A stretch of 64,000 nt of DNA, taken from the NCBI GenBank assembly GCA_965226555.1, contig CBDDDG010000012.1, positions 64,001 to 128,000 of the forward strand, read 5' to 3'. The position numbers and the translations under genes are program-made. The notes under the pieces were generated by a model that searched no databases, was not told where the DNA came from, and was given only the letters and a program-made list of their open reading frames with translations. Source of the stretch: Salinispira sp. (GTDB lineage Bacteria; Spirochaetota; Spirochaetia; DSM-27196; Salinispiraceae). Below, piece by piece: positions 40,068-49,606 of the stretch (the first letter of the stretch is position 1; each line of letters starts with the position of its first letter).

Positions 40068-41531
40068 GTGAGGTTTCAGGAATTTCAGGCGACATATCGG
40101 CGTCTCTACACTGAGAGTGCCGCATGGAAGTTACTCCGGACGGACAATGCCCCCTACATATTGGCTTTTATTGCCGATTTGTTTGTGGATGAAAGCGAGA
40201 TACCCTATGGGAATGCCCGCGTTGTCCTCGATGCTGAAATAAAACGAAGCCGTGAGTTAGGCATTTGGACTACTGAGACAAGTGCCGGCAGCTATTTGAA
40301 TCAGTGGATTAGGAACGGGTGGCTGCGTGAGCTGGACGATATGCTGACGAAGACAGATGCCAGTGAAATAGCGCTGCGTTTTTGCAAGGGGTTGAATGAA
40401 CGAGGAGCGGGTACAACGGCATCGCATCTCCGCATTGTGCAGGAGGCGGTGCGCGATCTGGCGGTCGCGGTTAATCCTAATGTCGATGAGCGTATCGCGT
40501 TGCTTGAACACAAAAAGGCGGGAATTCAGCGTGAAATAGATGACTTGAAGGCCGGCGTTGTTGCCGAGTTAAGCAATGCTGAGCAGCGGGAGCGGATGGG
40601 AGAAATTTATCAGCTTGCTTCTGTTCTGACCGGTGATTTTCGGCGGGTGGAAGATGAAATACGGCAACTTGATAAGGAACTTCGGGTTAACATTGTTACG
40701 GGCAGCAGTTCCCGCGGCGATGTTCTGCTCTCCGTTATGGAAAAGGAAGCCTCGCTCTCCGATACGGATGCGGGCAGCGCCTTCGAAGGCTTTTTTCACC
40801 TGCTCTGCGATCAGAACCGTTCAACAGAGTTCCGCGAGCAACTGCGGAGTATTCTGATTCGGCCGGCGGCGAAGCGAATGCCCCTCAGTCAGCAGCAGTT
40901 TCTTGGACAGTTAATGCGCGAATTGAGCCGCGAGAGCGATCGGGTATTTCGCGTACGGCGGCGCGCCGAAGAAGGGTTGCGCTCCTACATAGAAAGCGGC
41001 GCCGCTGCCGAAAATCGCGCGGTCGGACTGCTCCTATCGAAACTCGAAAAACAGGCAATATCAATTCGTGAGGAAGGAATCAGTTTATGGATCGAAACAA
41101 TGCTCAGCCTTCCCGTTGGACCCATTGAAATTCGCTCGCCCGAATCGATGAAGCTGCGAAGCCCCGATGACAAGCTGGACACTCCCGATTTTGAGGAACA
41201 GGCGAACAGCCGCGAACCCGACTCCTATGTGCTGAGCTGTCTCAATGCTGTCCACATACGGAACATCGCCCGGCAAATGTTCAGCACTCTCAGAGAGAGC
41301 GGCCCCACATTGTCGGTCGCAGGGCTCGTAACCCGTAATCCGCTCAGCGCCGGGCTGGAGGAGCTGGTGGCATATTTGCGGGTGGCAAAGGCGGTCGGAG
41401 CCGCTGCCCTCGAAGGGAAGGAATGTGTTATGATTACCGATAAACAGGGTACCGTGCTGAGGGCATCAATACCTACCTATTTGCTCAGCGCGGATATGTT
41501 TCCTGAAAACATTGATGAGTTAGTCGTGTGA
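40068..41531 (+). CDS. jetA: Wadjet JetA (DUF3375-like)
   Basis: AWKLLR..NAP, W...GWL, DF..VE, G.AF.GF; first gene of a four-gene operon. Confidence 0.88.
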   Translation: MRFQEFQATYRRLYTESAAWKLLRTDNAPYILAFIADLFVDESEIPYGNARVVLDAEIKRSRELGIWTTETSAGSYLNQWIRNGWLRELDDMLTKTDASEIALRFCKGLNERGAGTTASHLRIVQEAVRDLAVAVNPNVDERIALLEHKKAGIQREIDDLKAGVVAELSNAEQRERMGEIYQLASVLTGDFRRVEDEIRQLDKELRVNIVTGSSSRGDVLLSVMEKEASLSDTDAGSAFEGFFHLLCDQNRSTEFREQLRSILIRPAAKRMPLSQQQFLGQLMRELSRESDRVFRVRRRAEEGLRSYIESGAAAENRAVGLLLSKLEKQAISIREEGISLWIETMLSLPVGPIEIRSPESMKLRSPDDKLDTPDFEEQANSREPDSYVLSCLNAVHIRNIARQMFSTLRESGPTLSVAGLVTRNPLSAGLEELVAYLRVAKAVGAAALEGKECVMITDKQGTVLRASIPTYLLSADMFPENIDELVV

Positions 41532-41575
41532 ACAATGCCCGCGCAGAAAATGACCGCAGAAAATGACCGCAGAAA

Positions 41576-42313
41576 ATGACCGCAGAAATGGATGAAATTG
41601 ACATGACCAATGGGAATGACGGGTCCTCTGGAGATCTGGAGACCGACCCCGTAATAACAACCGATAATATGCCTCGCGATGCCAGACGGGTTCTGGTTCA
41701 TTTGATGAGGCAGGGCCTTATTATTGCGGCGCAAAATCAGAAATTGTTTGACACGGTGCGCCGCTATGAATCGTTTGTGCGGCGGCATTTGTCTGAAGTA
41801 TATTTACGGCTTGTTTTAGATGCCAGAGCGGGTGTTGCCTTTGTTGCGAGCCATGAAAGCAGGTCGGCCTTAGCGCCCGAGCCCAGGCCCGATCCTGCGT
41901 TGGCATCGGCACATCCATCAGCACATCCATTAGAACAGCATCAGGATATTGATTTTGAGGATGATTTTGTAACTCTCATTGTCAGGCGCCCGCTGACTCT
42001 CTACGATACACTCCTTCTGCTTGTGTTGCGAAAGCATTATCAGGAGCGAGAGAGCGCCGGAGAGCAGAAAATTACAATAGATATTGAGGGTCTGGAATCG
42101 TATTTGACGCCCTTCCTGCCCTTGACGGAGCATTCATCGCTGGATCGTAAGAAATTAATTGCCAGAGTTAAGGAAATGGTTCGGCGCAAAATTTTGTCGA
42201 CCATTCGGGGGTCGGAGGAGCGCTATGAAATTACCCCCATTATCCGCTATGTTGTCGACGCTGAATTTTTGGAGACCATGATCAATGAGTACAAACGACT
42301 TGCCGCAGAATGA
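41576..42313 (+). CDS. jetB: Wadjet JetB (DUF4194-like)
   Basis: LTLYDTLLLLVLR, ITPIIR; operon position. Confidence 0.86.
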   Translation: MTAEMDEIDMTNGNDGSSGDLETDPVITTDNMPRDARRVLVHLMRQGLIIAAQNQKLFDTVRRYESFVRRHLSEVYLRLVLDARAGVAFVASHESRSALAPEPRPDPALASAHPSAHPLEQHQDIDFEDDFVTLIVRRPLTLYDTLLLLVLRKHYQERESAGEQKITIDIEGLESYLTPFLPLTEHSSLDRKKLIARVKEMVRRKILSTIRGSEERYEITPIIRYVVDAEFLETMINEYKRLAAE

Positions 42314-45300
42314 TTTGTTTCCGCAGGGGCAGATTCGGCTGGCTGAATTGTCGGTGTGTAACTGGGGGTCCTTTCATGGGCACCATACCGCGTCAATAGA
42401 TAGGAAGGGAACCCTGATCACCGGTGATAACGGCACCGGAAAGTCGACCTTTGTTGATGGTCTCATGGCCCTGCTGCTGCCCGCGGGAAAGGCTGCGTTT
42501 AATATGGCTGCGGCGCAGGGCGACCGTTCCGACCGCTCGCTTCTTTCGTATATGCGGGGCAGTTTCGGGTCTGCCCATGACGGCTCGGGCACACGGATAC
42601 GGAGTAAGCGGGAAAAGGGGGTTGTTACCGGACTTCGGGCTCTCTACCGCTATGACGATAGCTCCTGTATTACTTTGGCATCGTTATTCTGGACAACGGG
42701 GGCAAGCAACGCGCAGGCCGATGTTAAACGGATATATGTCATTGCAAAACGAAATATGCGCCTGAGCGAGATGCTGGATGTTTTTGGAGGCGATAGAGGA
42801 GGCGCGCGAAAGCTGAAGCAGTGGCTCCGAGACGAACCGACCATTACCTGCTGCGATGATAATTTTTCGGAATATCAAGAACTGTACCGGAAGCTCCTGT
42901 ATATGGACAACAAGAACGCGCCCGCGCTGTTATCGCGCGCGCTCGGGCTCAAGAAAATTGATGATCTGACGAGGCTCATTCGCGAACTGGTGCTGGAGCC
43001 GAGCAATGTTCGGGGAGATGTCCGAAAGGTGGTCGATGAGTTTGCGGATCTCGTTGCGATTCATAATGAGTTGATCGATGCAAAAGAACAATGCGCTCAT
43101 TTGATCCGCCTGCCGGAATTGGCGCAGACCATTTCCCGCGCCGCAGAGTCTCTGAAGTCGCTCACATTGGAGAAGCGTAATGTGGCAGCCTACTTCGGTG
43201 AGCAGCTTTCCATTCTCTGGACAGAAAAAATGGATCGGATACGTGCCGATATCGATTCAATCGCTCGGAAAATAGGGGATGCGGATGTACATGAAAAGGA
43301 CGCGCAGAAAGTGGTCGAAGATCGGCATGGAGAATATGTGAATCTCGGCGGAGACAGAATTGAACATTCCAAAGATCAGGTTACGTACATTCAGAATAAA
43401 CTGGAAGATATTACTCGCACTTCCGCGCAGTATCAGCACGACTGCCGAAAGCTGGGGCTCAGCGCCGAGTTGAATGAGCAGATATTCATAGAAAATAAAA
43501 ACACTGCTGAGCGGAAACGGGAGAGTATTGAGGACGAAACCATGCGGGGGCAGGATACCTTTGCCGAGGCGGCGGCTCAATACAGCAGGCAGAAAGATGA
43601 TCTGAATGCCATTGGGGAGGAAATTCGGGAAATTGAGGCGCGACCGGACTCAAACATTGATCTCCGGTATCAGCGCCTCCGCGATGAAATGATGGATTCT
43701 CTGGGGCTGTCCGGCGATGAGCTTGTTTTTATAGGCGAGTTAATTGATGTGAACGATAATGAACGGTCATGGCAGGGGGCGATTGAGCGGGCCATGGGCG
43801 GGTTGCGGACAACTCTGCTGGTGCCGGCAAGCAGTTATTCCATGGTAACCCGCTGGCTGAATGTCAGGCACACAGGTATTCATGTGCGTGTTCAGGTGGT
43901 GCTGAAAAATGATGCTGCTGCGGGCGCGGGGCGAGCGGCAGGCGCGGGGCAGTTCAAAGAGCGGGGGTATGTGAGGAAGCTGATCTGGAAGGAGCACAGG
44001 TACCGGGAATGGCTGCAGGCATATTTGATGAGGTTTGATCTGCAATGCGTTGCGGGAACCGATGAGCTTGATGCGACCCCCTTTTCGATGACAAAGGAGG
44101 GGCTCGCGCATAAGGAGCGGGGGAGGTTTGAGAAAAAAGATATTAGCCGTATTGATGACCGTCGGAAATGGTGTCTCGGTTTTTCAAACACATCGCTCCT
44201 GCGGCTGCTGCGAACCGATCAGAAAACGCTTACCCGGGAACTGACTAATGCGCACTCAGCCCTCGCAAAGGAGCGGGAAGCGCTCAACGCAATTGCGGAA
44301 CAGGCAAAGTTGTGGGAACGCCTCGACTCCTTCACCTGGAAAGCCGTAAACGCGCCCTATTGGCATACGCGCCTTGAAAACGCACGGGCCGACTTAGCGC
44401 AGCTTGAGGAATCCGGCGGCGACCTTGAGAAGGCAAAACAGCGCTGGGAAACTGCCAAGTCCTTGCTGCAGACCATTCGGGATACGAAGGGGCAGCTGTT
44501 GGTGAATAAGGGGTCTCTGGAAAAGGATCGGCAGAATGCCGACAGGGAACTGAAAAGGGCGAGGGAAGCCGCCGCCGCGGGCCTTGCGGATAATGTTAGA
44601 GCGCTGCTGAAAAAACGAGTCGGCATAGTGAGGCTTGAAAACCCCGAAAAGAAGGCAGCTGTCGAAAGGGAGCTGGAAGGCGCCCTCGAAAAGGCGCGCA
44701 TGAAAAAGAATGCTGCGGAGAACTCGGCAACCGGCATTATGGGAGCCTTTCGCGGAAAAGATAAGTGGCAGCCCATAACGGTCGATTGGCACATTGGGAT
44801 CGATGGCCTGCACGATTATGTTGAGCATTACCATCGTGTAGAAACAGAGGGCCTGCCTCAGTTGATTGATCGATTCAAAGAACGCTTAAATAAGCACGCA
44901 ACGCAGTCGCTGGCCCGCATCAAAACCAAACTGGAATCTGAACGCGATGACATACTGGAGCGCATTGAGACAATTAACGCGGTACTGAGGCGCACGGAGT
45001 TTAAGCAGGGCAGCTATCTCAAACTGGACTCACGGAAAGAAAAATATCCTCACGTGCAGAACTTCGAGAGCAAGCTCAGGCAATCTCTGAGCCAGGCGAC
45101 CAGCGATAATCATGAAGCCCGATTTGCCGTGCTAGCAGATGTTGTCGCGGTTCTGGAAAAGGCGAGCGCTCCCGGAACAGCCGCGAGTCTGGAGAGCCTG
45201 CGGCTCCTCGATCCGCGGTATCAAATGTCGTTTTTTGCTGAAGAACGCGATTCTGAATCTCATACTATACGGGATGTGCTTGAATCATCCAGCGGAAAAT

Positions 45301-45707
45301 CGGGAGGAGAAAAAGAGTCATTCGCAGGGACAATTGTTGCTGCCAGCCTTGCCTACGTGCTTACTCCGAATGGCCATGACCGTCCCGTCTACAGTACGGT
45401 GTTTCTGGATGAGGCCTTTTCAAATACTGCCGAGACGGTGAGCCGAAGAGTTCTTCGTATTTTTAAGGAACTGCATATTCATGTGAATCTTATTACCCCG
45501 TACAAAAATCTGAATCTTGCCAGAGAAGCGGCCCGCTCCTTATTAATTGCCGAGCGCGATTCCGATCTGCATGAGAGTCATCTCTGCGAGGTAACATGGG
45601 AGGAAATAGATCGCCGCATGGATGAAATGACGAAAAAAGAAACACAACATGAGGCCGAGCTCCTGAACGTGGAGCTTGAGGAAGTGGAAGCGAATGCCCT
45701 CAAATGA
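42285..45707 (+). CDS. jetC: Wadjet JetC, SMC-like ATPase
   Basis: NWGSF, GDNGTGKST, long coiled coils, KSGGE, FLDEAF. Confidence 0.92.
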   Translation: MSTNDLPQNDLFPQGQIRLAELSVCNWGSFHGHHTASIDRKGTLITGDNGTGKSTFVDGLMALLLPAGKAAFNMAAAQGDRSDRSLLSYMRGSFGSAHDGSGTRIRSKREKGVVTGLRALYRYDDSSCITLASLFWTTGASNAQADVKRIYVIAKRNMRLSEMLDVFGGDRGGARKLKQWLRDEPTITCCDDNFSEYQELYRKLLYMDNKNAPALLSRALGLKKIDDLTRLIRELVLEPSNVRGDVRKVVDEFADLVAIHNELIDAKEQCAHLIRLPELAQTISRAAESLKSLTLEKRNVAAYFGEQLSILWTEKMDRIRADIDSIARKIGDADVHEKDAQKVVEDRHGEYVNLGGDRIEHSKDQVTYIQNKLEDITRTSAQYQHDCRKLGLSAELNEQIFIENKNTAERKRESIEDETMRGQDTFAEAAAQYSRQKDDLNAIGEEIREIEARPDSNIDLRYQRLRDEMMDSLGLSGDELVFIGELIDVNDNERSWQGAIERAMGGLRTTLLVPASSYSMVTRWLNVRHTGIHVRVQVVLKNDAAAGAGRAAGAGQFKERGYVRKLIWKEHRYREWLQAYLMRFDLQCVAGTDELDATPFSMTKEGLAHKERGRFEKKDISRIDDRRKWCLGFSNTSLLRLLRTDQKTLTRELTNAHSALAKEREALNAIAEQAKLWERLDSFTWKAVNAPYWHTRLENARADLAQLEESGGDLEKAKQRWETAKSLLQTIRDTKGQLLVNKGSLEKDRQNADRELKRAREAAAAGLADNVRALLKKRVGIVRLENPEKKAAVERELEGALEKARMKKNAAENSATGIMGAFRGKDKWQPITVDWHIGIDGLHDYVEHYHRVETEGLPQLIDRFKERLNKHATQSLARIKTKLESERDDILERIETINAVLRRTEFKQGSYLKLDSRKEKYPHVQNFESKLRQSLSQATSDNHEARFAVLADVVAVLEKASAPGTAASLESLRLLDPRYQMSFFAEERDSESHTIRDVLESSSGKSGGEKESFAGTIVAASLAYVLTPNGHDRPVYSTVFLDEAFSNTAETVSRRVLRIFKELHIHVNLITPYKNLNLAREAARSLLIAERDSDLHESHLCEVTWEEIDRRMDEMTKKETQHEAELLNVELEEVEANALK

Positions 45708-47001
45708 ACGGGTTGGCAGGCAGGGCAGCCGAAGAGAGAGCGCGCAGTGGGGGCTCCTGCCCAACGATGTGGCGGAGTTGCTGCAACGGCGGGAGTGGGA
45801 GAATACGAAAAATCTGAAGGCCCGCCTGAAGGGCGAAAAACCCTTTCCCATTCAGGTTTCTCTGCGGCCTCCGCGGGGCAGCGCTGCGCTTGAGGATATT
45901 AATAAGTTTCAATTATTTGTTTCTTCATGGAAGGAGTTTGCTGAGCATGATGATTTTCGTTCACATGCGCAGGAAGAGCGGGATGCGCAGGGGGCGCAGT
46001 CCTGCGGGCTGTGTTGGGAGAGACGCGGATATCGATATCTATCGGAGCAGATGGTTCCCGTGAGAATTCTCATTCATACTATTACTGCGCTCGCCCGCAT
46101 TGTTGGGGAATCAGCAGAACATCAGCTCAATGTCTGGCATTCGAAAATATCATACATTATCTCATCGCTTGCAATAAAAGAGGATCGGGAACCGTTTTTA
46201 CGCAGCGCGCTCATCGATCATCTGGATGCGCTTGCCGCGCTCAATGATTCGGATATGGAGCTGATGGTCAAGCTCATTCCTCAGTTGCGGCGCGGAATGG
46301 GCGAGGGCTGCTATCTGAGAGCATTGCCGGTCATGCATGTCGATACAAAGTTTATTGAAGGCAATGTGAGGATAATTGAGGCGATAGTTGCTGCGGTTCT
46401 CGATGGGGCAGTGAAAGATATCGGCCTCCTCGCTTGGCTGCATTGCCGCGATAAACCGAAGGACTGGCTGCTGGTGAAGCCCCTGTGCGAACAGAGCAGG
46501 GCGGCCCTCGGCGGCATGCCCATTCTCCGCCTATCTTCGGATACCCTGCTAAAATATGAGCTGCCCGCAGACAAAATACTCATTATTGAAAATGAACAGG
46601 CCTGCCTGTCCCTGCCTGAAATTCCGGGAACCATAGCAGTTGCCGGCGGCGGTAAAAATGTTGCATGGATGCGGGCTGCATGGCTGGCAGGGAAGCGGGT
46701 TGCGTATTGGGGCGATATTGACTCAGAAGGCCTTTTCATACTGAGCGATGCGAGAAGCAAGCTCAGTTCACTCACTCCCCTCATGATGAATGCCGCAACA
46801 GTCGAGGCCCACCGTGAACGAATGGTGCAGGAACCCGACTCCATCGCCAAAGAACCGCCTGCCCTCAACGAAGAAGAGCTGTCCCTCTTCAGAATGCTGC
46901 GATCTGACAAGCGCCGGCATCGAAGGTTGGAGCAGGAACGCATCTCGCCGAATTTCGTAAAAACAGCCATTTCCCAATGGGCGAAAAACACGGAAGCATA
47001 A
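45694..47001 (+). CDS. jetD: Wadjet JetD TOPRIM nuclease (DUF3322/DUF2220-like)
   Basis: YLRAL..VDTKFIE, IIENE, YWGDIDSEG, RLEQE. Confidence 0.92.
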   Translation: MPSNERVGRQGSRRESAQWGLLPNDVAELLQRREWENTKNLKARLKGEKPFPIQVSLRPPRGSAALEDINKFQLFVSSWKEFAEHDDFRSHAQEERDAQGAQSCGLCWERRGYRYLSEQMVPVRILIHTITALARIVGESAEHQLNVWHSKISYIISSLAIKEDREPFLRSALIDHLDALAALNDSDMELMVKLIPQLRRGMGEGCYLRALPVMHVDTKFIEGNVRIIEAIVAAVLDGAVKDIGLLAWLHCRDKPKDWLLVKPLCEQSRAALGGMPILRLSSDTLLKYELPADKILIIENEQACLSLPEIPGTIAVAGGGKNVAWMRAAWLAGKRVAYWGDIDSEGLFILSDARSKLSSLTPLMMNAATVEAHRERMVQEPDSIAKEPPALNEEELSLFRMLRSDKRRHRRLEQERISPNFVKTAISQWAKNTEA

Positions 47002-47031
47002 CGTGAAGCGCCCTCCGAACAGCGCCGCAGT

Positions 47032-48186
47032 TCATGGCTGTGCCGCATACTGTCGCCCTTTGTCGGTCAGTCGGTATTTCTGCAGGGGGCTGCTGGGCTT
47101 GTCGGGAATGGTCATTTCAATGAGTCCTTCCTGTAATGCCGGGTTGAGATGCCGATTGCGGAACGATTTGCGGTCTGAGAGACCAGAAGCAGCCTGCAGA
47201 TCCTCCCTGCTCATTTCGCCCCGAATTGCCCTGAGCAGCTCGGTAGCCTGAGGGGTAGCCTGAGGGGTAGCCTGGGGGGTAGTTATGGTGTTGAGGATCA
47301 TCCGCAGCATGAAAGTAATGAACGGGGCAGAATCGCTGTGGCTGGTGCTCTCCTGAAGGGCGTAATAATATTCGTCCTGATGCTCGAATATCAGGTTTTC
47401 CACAGGAATGTGGGCAAACAGGGAATTCCATCGTGACAGAATCAGATTCTGCCACAGCCTCCCCATGCGTCCATTGCCGTCAGCGAAGGGGTGTATAAAT
47501 TCGAATTCGTAGTGAAAGACCGATCCGGCAATGAGCGGATGCGTGTCAGTTCCTGTCAGCCAATGAAACAGATCAGACATCAACTGAGGCACCCGATCCG
47601 CCTGAGGCGCCACGTGAATTACCTGTGTGCCCGCCATAACTCCCACGCCCCCGCGCCGATACATTCCGACCTCGTCAATGAGTCCAGACATCAGAATCCG
47701 ATGCGCTTCCAGCAGATCGCTTTCATCCGCGGGGCTCCATTTGTTGAAATGATCGTAGGCTGTCAGGGCGTTTTTTACTTCCTGCACCTCGCGGGGCGGG
47801 GCAATGACCCGCTTGCCTTCCATAATCGCGGTAATTTGCGCCTCGCTCAGAGTGTTGCCCTCAATGGCCAGCGATCCGTGAATTGTGCGGATTCGGTTTA
47901 TGCGCCGCAGGCGCAGGGCGCCCGCCCGATCGGCAAGCGCCGTCAGCCGTCCGACAGCCTCGCTGATTGCAGCAATTGTATTCAGAATTTCCGGCGGTTC
48001 AACACCTACCGCAAAGGGACTCCGCTGGATCTTTTGAGGCAGCGGAATACCAATGTGGATAGTGATATTCTCCGGCTCAAGCCGATCATAATGGAGCAAC
48101 GGCTCACACGGCCGACGCTTGAGCGATGGAGGGCTTGGCACTCGGAAGAAATGATCGCATAATAGGTCAAAGTGGGGTCTGTTCAA
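47032..48186 (-). CDS. Fic family protein (N-terminus atypical, start uncertain)
   Basis: HPFADGNGRMGR, SLAIEGN, TPQA repeats, C-terminal SPLQKYRLT. Confidence 0.88.
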   Translation of the reverse strand: MNRPHFDLLCDHFFRVPSPPSLKRRPCEPLLHYDRLEPENITIHIGIPLPQKIQRSPFAVGVEPPEILNTIAAISEAVGRLTALADRAGALRLRRINRIRTIHGSLAIEGNTLSEAQITAIMEGKRVIAPPREVQEVKNALTAYDHFNKWSPADESDLLEAHRILMSGLIDEVGMYRRGGVGVMAGTQVIHVAPQADRVPQLMSDLFHWLTGTDTHPLIAGSVFHYEFEFIHPFADGNGRMGRLWQNLILSRWNSLFAHIPVENLIFEHQDEYYYALQESTSHSDSAPFITFMLRMILNTITTPQATPQATPQATELLRAIRGEMSREDLQAASGLSDRKSFRNRHLNPALQEGLIEMTIPDKPSSPLQKYRLTDKGRQYAAQP

Positions 48187-48199
48187 ACCTTAATATCCC

Positions 48200-49337
48200 A
48201 GCCTTCAAGATCGCCTACTACAGAACCCCCCGTATGATTCCCGACCTGCTACGGCTGTTCTGTGAGGATACGACTCTTGCCAAGCTGGACTTGGGCAAAA
48301 TTCGTATTGAAACCCCCAGCTACATTGCAGGAAAAAAGAACCTTCACTGCGATCTCGTTGTCAGCGCCCCCTTCCTGTCAGACCCCGACCGAAAAGCCCT
48401 GTTCATTACTGAAAATTTTGCGGAGCAAAATTTTCCAATGAGGATTCTCTCATCTATACTCTTGATTCTCTCACGGTATAGAAAGTTTTGCCTTGGAAAA
48501 TTGTGCAAGCACAATTTCCAGTAGCAAAACTTTCGTATTGAACACAAAAGTTACCTGCACAAACATGTTCTCACACAGATCGATGACTATCAGCATGCCC
48601 TCAGAAACAGCAATGTGTACAATGAAAATGATGCTATCTATATATTGTTGCTCTACCATGGAAAAAAGGAATGGAACCTCCCACTCACATTTTACAGTTC
48701 GCATGGAAATGCTGCTTCCGAATCCCTTACCGAAGGCACGGTGGATGTCAGGGTGAAAGTGTCGTACATTGTGCGCGATCTGAGGCGAATGACAAAGAAG
48801 CAGTTGGCATTGCGCTCCGATGAAAAACGATATACATCGACTGCGTTGTGGTATATAATGCGAGATAATGAAATGAACGATGAGGGGCTGAAAGAAATTG
48901 CGCAGCTCCTGAACGGTCTGTCATCACAAGACTTTACTGATCTGGCAGAGAGTGTGCTGGGTTACCTGAAGGACTTGGGACTGTATGAGCAGTTTGAGAA
49001 AATTAACAGGAAACTATATCCTGAAGGAGAAAACAGTATGCGGACATATAATATTACCAACGCCTTCGTCAGGGAAGGCATTGCGAAGGGCATGGAGAAA
49101 GGTATTCTGAAAGGCCGTGTTGAAGGTCTTGAGCAGGGTATCACAAAGGGCAGGGCTGAGGGCATTGAGAAAGGTATTCTGAAAGGACTGCGAACAGGTC
49201 GTGCTGAGGGGCATATTGAGGAGCGGAGAAAAAACGCCCGCAGTATGTTTTCCATAGGACTTTCAGCAGATGACGTTCGGAAGGTTACCGGGCTGAGCGA
49301 TGAGGAAATGCAGACAGTGCGGAACGGATCGCATTAA
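48200..49337 (+). pseudogene. Rpn nuclease, 5'-truncated, with 127-bp insertion; small C-terminal ORF 49038-49337 intact
   Basis: Begins at AFKIAYY; insertion 48409-48535 carries an in-frame TAG. Confidence 0.88.
48409..48535. repeat. 127-bp double-hairpin insertion
   Basis: Same site as 22705; first loop is GGA instead of TCC. Confidence 0.92.
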
Positions 49338-49403
49338 TTGACGTTGCTCCGCGTTGCTCGCCCGGGCATCCGGTTCGCCCCGCGCCGGGATCAGGTCAAA
49401 TAG

Positions 49404-49531
49404 TAGAAACTTTTGCATTGGAAAATTGTGCTTGCACAATTTCCAGTAGCAAAAGTTTCAGATTCGGAATGCTTTCTTTGTGCTTAGCATTCTCCTATTT
49501 TATAGAAAGTTTTGCATTTTGCAAAATTTTG
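49404..49531. repeat. Double-hairpin element between Rpn units
   Basis: Long hairpin + spacer + short hairpin; repeated at 50981-51108. Confidence 0.9.
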
Positions 49532-49606
49532 TAATATCCCAAAATAATAAAAATAATTACAAAAATTTCTCATATTCACCGTTCATATGTACCCCGTCTA
49601 TATAGT

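Noticed and set aside
47243..47281. 12-bp tandem repeat in fic
   Set aside because: In-frame TPQx linker repeats are common in this Fic subfamily.
48126..48524. Short ORFs such as ...LCKHNFQ and MCSI.KFCYWK as independent genes
   Set aside because: Translations of the inserted repeat within Rpn pseudogenes.
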